From Chiloscyllium plagiosum (taxonomy: Eukaryota): a stretch of 42,068 nucleotides of DNA. The DNA lies in the NCBI RefSeq assembly GCF_004010195.1, contig NC_057719.1:2364384-2406451 (forward strand). Reading direction: 5' to 3'. Below, one piece after another: positions 23,669-33,959 of this stretch; within the stretch, counting starts at the first letter, position 1, and the number at the start of each line of letters is the position of its first letter. The position numbers and the translations under genes are program-made. The notes under the pieces are model-generated. The model was not told where the DNA came from. It saw only the letters and a list, made by a program, of their open reading frames with translations, and did no database searches.

Positions 23669-24371
23669 GGGTCTTGGACATTATCCTGAGGAACTCCTGC
23701 AGGGATGTCCTGCAGCTGAAATGACTGACCTCCAACAACCATAACCATCTTCCTATGTGTCAGGTATGACTCCAACCAGCGGGAAGTTTCCACCAATAAC
23801 CATTGATGCCAGTTTTTCACCTCTGGAATCCAGCTCTTTTGTCCATGTTTGAGCCAAGGCTGTAATGAGGTCAGGAGCTGAGTGACCCTGGGGGAACCCA
23901 AACTGGGCGTCACTGAGCAGGTTATTGCTGAGCAGGTGCTGCTTGATAGCACTGTTGGTGACATCTTCCATCACTTTCCTGATGATTGAGAGTAGACTGA
24001 TGGGGCAGTAATTGGCCGGGTTGGAATTGTCCTGGTTTTTGTGTACAGGACATACCTGGGCAATTGTCCACATTGTCGGGTAGGTGCCAGTGTTGTAACT
24101 GTACTGGAACAGCTTGGCGAGGGGAGCGGCAAGTTCTAGAACACAGGTCTTCAGTACTATGGCTGGAATGTTCTCAGGGCCCATTGCCTTTGCAGTATCC
24201 TGTACCTCCAACCATTTCTTGATATCACGTGGCTGGAGCCTGGTATCTGTGACGCTGGGGAACCATTGGAGGAGGCTGAGATGGATCATCGACTCGGCAC
24301 TTCTGACTAAGTTTGCTGCGAAAGCGTTAGCCTTATCATTTGGACTGATCTGCTGGGCTCCTCCATCATTG

Positions 24372-24512
24372 CCAAGAGTCTGGTGCTGGAATTGCACAGC
24401 AGGTTAGGCAGCATCCGAGGAACAGGAGATTCTCCTGCACCTCAGACCTGCTGTGCTTTTCCAGAACCACACACTCGACTCTGATCTCTAGCATCTGCAG
24501 TCCTTACCTTCT
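24372..24512. mobile_element. Fold-back Penelope-like mini-insertion with perfect 15-bp TSD
   Basis: GCTCCTCCATCATTG at 24357-24371 and 24513-24527 flanks inverted arms of the 7194/41667 family. Confidence 0.85.
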
Positions 24513-25547
24513 GCTCCTCCATCATTGAGGAGGGGGATATTTGTGAAGCCGCCTCCTCCATTGGGTTGTTTAATCACCCACCACCATTCACAACTGGATG
24601 TGGCGGGACTGCAGAGCTTAGATCTGATCCATTGGTTGTGGGATCACTTAGCTCTGTCTATCACATGCTGTATAGCCCATTTGGTACACAGGTGGTCCTG
24701 TTTGGTGGCTTCCCCAGGTAGACACCTCATCTTCAGGTATACCTGGTGCTGCTCCTGGCATGCCCTCCTGCACTCTCCACTGAACCAGGGTTGATCCCCT
24801 GCCTTGATGGGAATGGTTGAGTGGGGGATATGCCGGGCCACGAGGTTACAGACTGTGCTGGAGTACAGTTCTGCTGCTGGTGATGGCCCAGAGTGCCTCA
24901 TGGATGCCCAGTCTTGAGTTGCTCACTCTGCTCCAAGTCTGTCCCACTTAGCACAGTGATGGTGCCACACAACACAGTGGAGGGTATTCTTAACGTGAAG
25001 GTGGGAATTTGTCTCAAGGACTGTGCGGTGGTCACTCTTACCCAATACAGTCATGGACAGATACTTCTGCAGCTGGCAGATTGATAAGGATGAGGTGAAT
25101 TATGTTTCTCCCTCTTGTTGGTTCCCTCACCACCTGCCGCAGACATAGTCTCGCAGCGACGTCCTTTAGGACCCAGCCAGCTCAGTCTGTAGTGCTGCTG
25201 ACTGCCGAGCCCCTCTTGGTGGGAGTGGGGGGCATTGAAATTGGATACTATTTGAATAGACCTAGTGTGCAGGAATATGGGAAAACAGGTAGGAGATTGG
25301 CATGAGGGGATAGGAACAGCACAATGGCCACTTTCTGTGCTACCCTGGGCCTGATGGTATGGGACAGACTGACTGCTGGTGATCCTGCGTGGTCGTGACA
25401 GATGCTTTTGGCAGACATTACCAGAAAGAATGACCAACACAAATCATTAAAGACCATGCGCACTGCATCCTATCCTCCATCCCCTCCCCCCAGTCCCCTG
25501 AGAGGGAATTCCAGAGCTTGGGATGAACTGCCAATGGATTTTATTTC

Positions 25548-25735
25548 TATTCATTCCTGGGATGTGGATGTCACTGGTTGGGCCTAGCATTTATTACCCG
25601 TCCCTAATTGCCCCTTGAGAAGGTGGGGGTGAGCTGCCTTCTTAAATGACTACAGTCCATGAGCTGTAGGTAGACCCACAATGTCCATAGGGAGGGAATT
25701 CCAGGATTCTGACCCAGTGACAGTGAAGGAACAAG
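25548..25735 (-). mobile_element. 3' tail of second LINE family
   Basis: Reverse-complement homolog of 19400-19570 and 11712-11770. Confidence 0.75.
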
Positions 25736-25842
25736 GAGCAATTAAATTTAGGACTGTTCCAATGACCAGAATTGGAGGGGGGTTGTGACCCCAGTGGATT
25801 ATATCACTGGAAGAGGGTGATATAGGCAGGATTGTTTTTTAA

Positions 25843-26122
25843 GATTAGATTTCCTTCAGTGCGGAAACAGGCCATTTGGCCCAACAAGTCCCCACCGACT
25901 CCCCGAAGAGTAACCCATCCAGACTCATTTCCCTCTGACTATTGAACCTTACACTATAGGTAATTTAGCACGGCCAATTCACCTAATCTGCAGAACTTTG
26001 GATTGTGCGAGGAAACCCACGCAGACACAGGGAGAACGTGCAAACTCCACACAGATAGTCGCCCGAGGCTGGAATCGAACCTGGCACCCTGGCGCTGTGA
26101 GGCAGCAGTGCTAACCGTGCAG
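25843..26122 (-). mobile_element. HE1-type V-SINE
   Basis: tRNA-like head (GGTTAGCACTGCTGCCTCACAGCGCCAGGG...GGTTCGATTCC), V-domain TGTGTGGAGTTTGCACGTTCTCCCTGTGTCTGCGTGGGTTTCC, and CR1-like tail. Confidence 0.9.
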
Positions 26123-26637
26123 TCCTGTGTTGAGTTCTCTGGATGGCACAGAGATCTCAAAGCTGGATACATCTTGCCCAGGATAAAGTTAATCATGAGC
26201 ATACAATTCTGCAGAGTTAACCTTGTTGTTGGATCTAATATTCATGTGGAGACCATGGACACAGCTGGGAATATGCCAAGTCAGAGAGTGAGGGAACTGT
26301 ATTGCAATGTCGCTATTCCCGTCCAGCATTGGGGTCAGTGGGATAGCAGGGCAGTGCAAGGCTGAGGGGTGGGATGGAGGAGGTTGACCACAGGATCTGG
26401 GGGATAGGGGAGGAAGGTGAGAGTCTGGCAGGGCTGGTAGGAGCCTGGGGATGGACTGGATGGGATGTGGGAGATGGAGTGTTCCACTGATCCTCTCAGC
26501 CACAAGAATTGCTGCAATAGGAGCCGGCCTTGCCCTCTGGACTGAAATCTCCAGAAGGAACAAAGTGCATTTACATAGTTCCTTTCGGAGGGTGGGGGGT
26601 GGGTACGGTGGGGAGGTTGGGGTGGTGGGGTGGGGGT

Positions 26638-26790
26638 GGTGGACGGCTCAGTTGGCTGCACAGTTGCATTGCAATGGAGAGCAATACCAACCCCATGAGT
26701 TCAATTCCCGTACCAGCTGAGGTTAGTTTGAAGGAGTCTCCTTCTTAACCCCTTCCCCCTGTCTGAGGCACGGTGACCCTCAGTTAATCC
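26638..26790 (+). mobile_element. tRNA-derived SINE fragment (different family)
   Basis: A-box-like GGCTCAGTTGG and B-box-like GAGTTCAATTCC, followed by a non-tRNA body. Confidence 0.6.
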
Positions 26791-26792
26791 AT

Positions 26793-27265
26793 CGAGTCAC
26801 AGAGTCATACAGCACAGAAACAGACCCTTTGGCCCAGCTCGTCCATGCTGAGCAGGTTTCATAAACTGCTCTCGTCCCATTTGCCTTGGTTTGGTCCATA
26901 TCCCTCTAAACCTTCCTATCTATTTATTTATCCAGATGCCTCTTAAATGTTGTAATTGTACCAGCCTCCACCACTTCCTCTGGCAACTCATTCCATATAC
27001 GTACCACCCTCTGCGTGAAAATGTTACTCCTTAGGTCACTTTTAAATCTTTTCCCTCTCACTGTAAACCTGTGCCCTTGAGTTCTCCCCCACCCTGGAGA
27101 AAAGACCTTGTCTACTTACCCTATCCATGCTCTTCATGATTTCATAAACCTCTGTAAGGTCACCCCTCAGCCTCCGACACTCCAGGGAAAACAGCCCCAG
27201 CCTGTTCAGCCTCTCCCTGTAGCTCAAACCCTCCGACCCTGGCAACATCCTTGTAAATCTTTTTT
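26793..27265 (-). mobile_element. CR1-type LINE 3' fragment
   Basis: ORF 27042-27248 reads MLPGSEGLSYRERLNRLGLFSLECRRLRGDL. Confidence 0.95.
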
Positions 27266-27269
27266 GCTT

Positions 27270-27465
27270 ATTGTTTCATTCCTTGCAGCGCCGATGTCAT
27301 TCTCAAGATCCCAAAGTCGATTACAGTCTTTCTAACAGCACAGTCACTGCAGTGATGCAGAAAACAGAGCAGCCAGACTGTGCACAGCAAGATCCCACAA
27401 ACAGTGACAATAAAACCTGCTGCAGTGATGTTGGTTGAGGGATAAATATTGGCCCCAGGCCAGCA
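27270..27465 (-). mobile_element. DeuSINE fragment
   Basis: Minus strand reads GGCCAATATTTATCCCTCAACCAACATCACT...GTTTGTGGGATCTTGCTGTGCAC (Deu domain). Confidence 0.75.
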
Positions 27466-27609
27466 CACCGTGAAATCTGGGTATGACAATCTGCCAGTTA
27501 CCTGCATGTACCTCTGAATCCCAGCCTCTTGGCCAGTCACTCTCCTATTGGTAGCCCTGCCTTCAGCTACCTTGTCTCTGAGCACTGGGATTCCCTCTTT
27601 AAAACATTC

Positions 27610-27628
27610 GGCCTCTCTCTCTCTCTCC

Positions 27629-27669
<41 letters not shown>

Positions 27670-28540
27670 TAACGGTCACTCTCCCTCGATCTCTCTGATG
27701 CATTCTCTCCCGCTATCTCTTTGCCCCTCTCTCCATCTCCCCCTCTCTACCTCTATCTTGCTGCCTCTCTCTCTTTTCACCTTTCTCCCTCTTCATTTCT
27801 CTGCCTCTATCTGTCTCTGTTACTCTTTTTCTCTCTCTCCGTCTCTCTGCCTCTCTCTCCCCATGTCTCTGACTCCCTTTCTCTGCTCGTCACTTTCTGC
27901 CTATCTCTCCCCCTCTCTGTTTCTTGCACCTGCCACCTATCTCTGCTCCTCTCTGTCTCACTNNNNNNNNNNNNNNNNNNNNNNNNNNNNNNNNNNNNNN
28001 NNNNNNNNNNNNNNNNNNNNNNNNNNNNNNNNNNNNNNNNNNNNNNNNNNNNNNNNNNNNNNNNNNNNNNNNNNNNNNNNNNNNNNNNNNNNNNNNNNNN
28101 NNNNNNNNNNNNNNNNNNNNNNNNNNNNNNNNNNNNNNNNNNNNNNNNNNNNNNNNNNNNNNNNNNNNNNNNNNNNNNNNNNNNNNNNNNNNNNNNNNNN
28201 NNNNNNNNNNNNNNNNNNNNNNNNNNNNNNNNNNNNNNNNNNNNNNNNNNNNNNNNNNNNNNNNNNNNNNNNNNNNNNNNNNNNNNNNNNNNNNNNNNGC
28301 CTCTCTCTCTCCCCCTTGCCTCTCTCTTGCCCCCCGCCTCTCTCTCTCACCGCACCTCTCTCTCACCCCCTCGCTTCTCTCTCACTTCCCCTCACTGCCT
28401 CTCTCTCTCTTCCCACACCTCTTTCTTTCTCCCCTCTGCCTCTCTCTCACTTCCCCTCACTGCCTCTCTCTCCCTCCTCTCCACCTCTCTGTTCCCCCCT
28501 CCACCTCTCTATCCCCCCACCTCTCTCTCTTTCTCTCTCC
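27610..28540. repeat. (CT)-rich low-complexity tract spanning assembly gap 27963-28298
   Basis: Polypyrimidine on both sides of the N-run. Confidence 0.9.
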
Positions 28541-29394
28541 AATCTACAATATTTGTGGACGAGGTATGAACTGTGAAGCCTTGTGTTAGTAATGGTTTCA
28601 GGATCTAGATCCAGTCAGTTCATTATGATTCGCGTGCACAGTCTGTTACTGAGACAGTGAAAGCTGTGGCTAGTGATTTTATTTGTCAGAAACGAACAAG
28701 CAGTTTTTCACCAAATTGGACAGGAAATTGACAAGTTTGGGAAGTGTGTGTGCGTGTGTGTGAAGTGTCTTGAGCTTATAAGGTTCTGAACGTTACCTTC
28801 GGTTAAGTTCATCACTGCTGCTACAGCTGACTCGGTCACAGATAAAACTCATTTCAAACAGCTAACTTTGGTGTCTCAGTCTGAACAGTACACAGCTGGG
28901 AAAATACATTTTTAAAAAAGTTTTGTTTGAAAGTAAACCCACTTCCTGTCTCATTTTAACCCAGTGAGGACTGAAATAGTAGCTTTAAAAAATCTGACTC
29001 AGATTGTTGGAGACACAGAGAGAGGCTGACACACAGAGCATGACACAGTGATTAGGAGGGAGAGAGAAACTGGAAGATTGAGAAGGGGAGGCATTGGGAG
29101 AGAGACAGAGGGCACATTTTGAGTCAAGTTATCATTACCTGGTTCCTTCATTGAGGTAAGACTTTTAAACAAATAGATTTTATTGATTATTAAGTGTTTT
29201 GGAGGATTGTGAGTTGCAAATTGTGTGTTTTTTTAATAAATGCAAGGTTTATGATTGTTTCATTTCATGTTTAAGTTCAATGACAGCAGTTTCAAGGTAC
29301 AGTTCTCTGCTGGTGTTTATATAAATTAACCAGAGGTTCTTGACTGAGCTTAGATCTAGTTGGAGTTTATATGAAAACGCTCAAGATTGCAGAA

Positions 29395-30670
29395 GAATTG
29401 AATTGAATTGAATTTATTGTCCCGTGTACCGAGGCACAGTGAAAAGCTTTGTTTTGAGAGCAAAACAGGCAGACCCCTGAGTTAAGTAGCGTGGATAAGT
29501 AAATAATAGGTGAACAGCAGCAAAAACAAAAACACAGGTACGGGCGAATGTTAGGAGTTTGTGAGTCCATTCCGTATTCTAACAACAGTCGGGTAGAAAC
29601 TGTTCCGAAACCGGCTGGTGCGTGTGTTCAGGCTTCTGTACCTTCTCCCCGATGGTAGAGATTGTAGAAAAACATTGTCAGGGTGGGATGGATCTTTGAG
29701 AACGCTGGCGGCCTTTCCTTGACAGCGGGTCTGGTAGATGGATTCTATAGATGGGAGGTTGGCCTTCGTGATTGTCTGAGCCGAGTTCACCACTCTCTGT
29801 AACCGTCTCCGATATTGAATGGTACAGTTGCCATACCAGGTAGTGATACATCCAGACAGAATGCTCTCGGTGCACCTATAAAAGTTGGCAAGGGTATTCA
29901 CCGTCATGCCAAATTTCCTCAGCTGCCTGAGGAAGACGAGATGTTGTTGGACCTTTGTAACTAGTGCGTCCACATGAAGAGTCCAAGAAAGCTTGTTGTG
30001 GATGACCACTCCCAGGAGCTTGACACTTTCCACTTGTTCTACCTCTGTGCTGTTAATGTGTAGGGGGGCATGAGTAAAATCCTGCTGAAAGTCAATAGTG
30101 GGTTCCTTGGTTTTGCGGACTGTTTGAACATGGCCCCAATCAGCTGATTCCAGACAGTACCAGAGTTGATCCTCTGCCACATCCGACCTTCACTGGACCT
30201 GTATCTGCGAGGGGGAATCTCCTGCTTGAGCTTTTGCCTGTAAGCAAGGAGAAGAAACACTGCATTATGGTCAGAGTTTCCGAAATGAGGGTGGGGGGAT
30301 GGAGCGGTAGGCATCTTTCACAGTGGTGTCGCAGTGGTCTAAAATGTTCGGGCCCCTTGTGGGGCAGGTAATGTTCTAGTGGTACTTGGGCAATACCTTC
30401 CTTAGATTGGCTTGATTGAAGTCGCTGCTTACAATAACAGGGCCTCGGGTATTCCATCTCCAGGGTGTTAGTGGGGGGGGTACAGCACATCCAGAACTTC
30501 CTCAACCTTTGCTTGTGTCAGCATGAACCCAGCAGTTAGTGTAGCAGCGGGAAATTCCCGTGATAGATAGAAGGGGCAGCATTTGATGGTGAGGAGTTCA
30601 AGGTATGGGGAGCAATGGCTGCCCAGGGTTGCAATGTCCGTGCACCACAAATTGTTGATTAAAAAACAAA
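29395..30670 (-). mobile_element. Rex1/Babar LINE remnant with large internal deletion
   Basis: The endonuclease region (HFGNSDHNAVFLL) is fused directly to the RT C-terminus (KTKE..DF, FLRQLRKFG, FYRCTESILSGCITTWYGN, LPSGRRYRS...RFRNSFYP); (AATTC)n tail. Confidence 0.9.
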
Positions 30671-31444
30671 CCCCCCCACCCTTTGAGATGGAGGAGATAT
30701 GAAACTCAAAACAAAATCAAATAGATTGAAGGAAGTGGCAAGAGGCAATAAAAGACAATTTCCAAACCTTTAATTGACAGCATATAATCAACTAGCTCTC
30801 TGTAAATCACTGCAACTTAAAGACAATTCACTTTCCTCAACATACGCCAAAGAAACATTCATCTATTTCTTTGACAGAATCATTCTCTGTTCATTTCTGT
30901 GGGACTGTATTCCCCATCTTTCCCCAGTTAAAATGTCTAGAAAAACAGGAGGAGATTATTCAGCCCATTGGGCTGATTCCACTATTTTCCAGGACCACGG
31001 ATGATCTTCTACTGTGATACCATAGTAACAGGAGCCAATGTAGGCCAGTCCTCCCAGTGAGTCTGATCTTCTACTCCTCCTGCCAAGACATGGAACTTCA
31101 CCTGTTCCCCATCTGCAAGTGTTTGCTCACTCGTCCATATCACCACCCTCCCACTCTCTCCCCAGGGCCCTTAATCTTTGTGGTACTCACAAATCTATCA
31201 ATCTCAGCAACAGAACATTGATCCCTCTCTGGGGAAGAGAATTCCAAAACTTCACCAGGCTCTGAGTGAAGAAATCACTCCTTCTCTCAGTCTTGCACTG
31301 GGACAGTGGGCCAGTGCTCCACCTCCTACCATAACCATGTCTAGCCCATCAGAGTGCACTGGGCTGAGGGATCTCAGTTTCAGGATAGAGACAGAGTCAG
31401 ACATACTCTGGAGAACCATCATGGTTTTCCTAACCTCTGGGGCA

Positions 31445-31679
31445 TTGAGTCCACACCAACCCTCCAAACAGCATTCCACCCAGCCCCACCCCCCCACCCT
31501 ATCCCTATAACTCTGCATTTCCCTTAACTCACCCACCTAGCCTGTACATCCCTAGACACTATGGGGCAATTTCCCATGGCCAATCCACCCTAACTTGCAC
31601 ATCTTTGGACTGTGGGAGGAAACCGGAGCTCCCAGAGGAAACCCACGCAGACACAGGGAGAATGTGCAAACCCCACACA
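31445..31679 (-). mobile_element. HE1-type V-SINE (head missing), left arm of inverted duplication
   Basis: V-domain plus tail; homologous to 32976-33240. Confidence 0.85.
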
Positions 31680-31871
31680 ATATTCCAGAAGCGCCCTAAC
31701 CAATGTCCTGTACAGCCGCAATGTGACCTCCCAACCCCTGTACTCAATACTCTGACCAATAAAGGAAAGCATACCAAACGCCTTCTTCACTATCCTATCT
31801 ACCTGCGACTCCACTTTCAAGGAGCTGTGAACCTGCACCTCAAGGTCTCTTTGTTCAGTAGCACTCCACAG

Positions 31872-31977
31872 CAGAAAGGAAGGACTGTAGATGTTGGAGA
31901 GTCAAAGCACAGTGGGTCAGCCAACACTCGAGGAATGGGAGAGTCCACGTTTCAGGCATTAGCCCTTCGTCAGGAAT
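31872..31977 (-). mobile_element. Penelope-like terminal repeat with hammerhead-like core
   Basis: Minus strand reads CTGACGA-A-GGGCTAATGCCT-GAAA-CGTG (31973-31946). Confidence 0.75.
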
Positions 31978-32580
31978 GGTACAGGAGTTGGGAGGTCATG
32001 TCGCGGTTGTACAGATCATTGCTTAGGCCATCTTTTGGAAAACTGTGTTTAGTCTGGCCTCCTTCGTATCAGAAGGATGTTGTGAAACTTGAAAGGGTTC
32101 AGAAAAGATTTACAAGGATGTTGCCAGGGTTGGAGGATTTAAGTTATAGGGAGACGCTGAACAGGCTGGGGTTGTTTTCCCTGGAGCGTTGGAGGCTGAG
32201 GGGTGACCTTATAGAGGTTTACAAAATCATGAGGGGCATGGATAGGGTAAATGGACAAGGCCTTTTCCCTGGGGTGCGGTGTCCAGAACTAGAGGGCATA
32301 AGTATAGGGTGAGAGGGGAAAGATATAAAAGGGACCTAAGGGGCAACAGTTTCACACAGAGGGTGGTGCGTATGTGGAACGAGCTGCCAGAGGAAGTGGT
32401 GGAGGCTGTTACAATTATAACTTTTAAAAAGCATCTGGATGGGTATATGAACAGGAAGGGTTTGGAGGGATATGGGCCAAGTGCTGGCAAATGGGACTAG
32501 ATTGAGTTGGGATATCTGGTTTGCCTGGACGAGTTAGACAAAAGGGTTTGTTTCTGTGCTGTACATCTCTATGACTCTAT
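31978..32580 (+). mobile_element. CR1-type LINE 3' fragment
   Basis: YRSWEVMSRLYRSLLRP...FTQRVVRMWNELP, with a CTCTATGACTCTAT tail. Confidence 0.95.
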
Positions 32581-32975
32581 CTCAGGGGTTTCCCCCTCCA
32601 CTTATGTAATTAAGTGTTAAATAATCTTGTTTTCTGATCTTCAGTAACTACCTTGTACATTCTCAGGGAGATATGTGAGCCGCCACCAAAGCTCTGAGTC
32701 AGCCCCGTCAACGGACATCTGTCATGGCATTTTGTCAAACTCACTGCTTGCTGTGTCCCTGCACTTCCCCTTTGGAAAGACACTTCTCCAGAGAGCTGGA
32801 GGAGGTTTCAGCTCTCTCTCACGCCACACTGACTCCCACTAACTGAATTTCCACTCACACAACCTGGAGATTTTTCTTAAGGTTCTGATCTCCACTTTGA
32901 AAATAAAATTTTTATTCCGATTTGTTCCAAAATACTGCCAGCTCTCCAATTACTTTAGCTTAAGGCTTGTAAGGT

Positions 32976-33240
32976 GACTGTCTGTGTGGAGCTTGCACAT
33001 GCTCCCTGTGTCTGCGTGGGTTTCCTCCAGGTGCTCCGGTCTCCTCCCACAATCCAAAGATGTGCAGTGGATTGGCAATGGGAAATTGCCTGTAGTGTTC
33101 AGGGATTTGTAGGCTAGGTGGGTGAGCCGTGAGGAATGCAGGGTTACAGGAATTGGATAAGGGGTTGGGTCTGGGTGGGATAGTATTTGGAGGGTTGGTG
33201 TGGACTCAATGGGCCAAATGGCCTGACCCCACACTGTAGG
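32976..33240 (+). mobile_element. HE1-type V-SINE, right arm of inverted duplication
   Basis: TGTGTGGAGCTTGCACATGCTCCCTGTGTCTGCGTGGGTTTCC V-domain plus tail. Confidence 0.85.
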
Positions 33241-33371
33241 AAAACCACGATGGTTCTCCAGAGTATGGCTGACTCTGTCTCTATCCTGAAGCTCAGATCC
33301 CTCAGCCCAGTGCACTCTTGTGGGCTAGACAAAGTCATGGTAGGAGATGGAGCACTGGGCCACTGTCTCAG

Positions 33372-33412
33372 TGCTGCCTGACCTGCTGTGCTTTTCCAGC
33401 GCCACTCTTTTT
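33372..33412 (+). mobile_element. Penelope-like terminal-repeat fragment
   Basis: TGCTGCCTGACCTGCTGTGCTTTTCCAGCGCCACTCT. Confidence 0.75.
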
Positions 33413-33959
33413 GAAAATACTCCCCAGGTCCTTACCATTAAGTGTATAAATCCTGCTCTAATTTGCTCTTCCAAAATGTAGCAGCTCACATTTATTTAAA
33501 TTAAACCCCACCTGTCACTCCTGGGCCCATTGGCCCATCTGATCAAGGTCTGGGATGTGGTTGGGCTGGGGTGGTGGTTGATGGTCAGGGAAGGGGAATG
33601 TTTGGTCTGTATTCAGCTGGCAGTGTATCTGGTGAGACTCTATTTCTGAGAGATGAACCCAGGCAGATCCCTGACTATATTTTCCTGTCTCCTCTGGGGC
33701 CGGCCCTGAACTGGTCACTGAGAAAGTATCGATGTCTCTCCAGCTTCCCCAGGCTTCTCCCTAATTTAACTCAGTTTCTGTGGCATGATGTAAACCCGAC
33801 AACAATATCTGGACCTTGCATCTCATGGTTTACTGAGATAGGCTGCAGCATTTTGCAATTGTTCAGGAAACAAAACCATTGTGGTTCGTGACAGAAGAAA
33901 CGATGAAAATTATACCTTTTTATATAAGCATTGCTGGCTGGTTTCCCACATTGCGCTGT

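Larger units (their letters stand above)
20705..25240 (-). mobile_element. Second LINE family (CR1/L2 superclade) ORF2 remnant, interrupted by CR1 (21114-23668) and a Penelope-like insert (24372-24512)
   Basis: ORF 23753-24397 carries KAMGPENIP, NPANYCPISLLS and AQFGFPQGHS; 20816-21055 carries QQDLDNIQAWADRWQVTF. The host sequence is continuous across both inserts. Confidence 0.85.
31680..33555 (-). mobile_element. CR1 RT fragment split by a ~1.55-kb composite insert (31868-33413)
   Basis: 33414-33555 encodes DLDQMGQWAQE...YTLNGKDLGS and 31680-31867 continues EQRDLEVQVHSSLKVESQVDR. Confidence 0.8.

Noticed and set aside
26060..26122. tRNA gene
   Set aside because: This is the tRNA-derived head of an HE1 SINE, with no complete cloverleaf. 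The same applies to 5220-5300, 14310-14390 and 26640-26715.
30993..31057. Small plus-strand exon candidate (TTCCAG ... CA|GTGAGT)
   Set aside because: It lies in a decayed antisense LINE-tail sequence and has no supporting coding signal.
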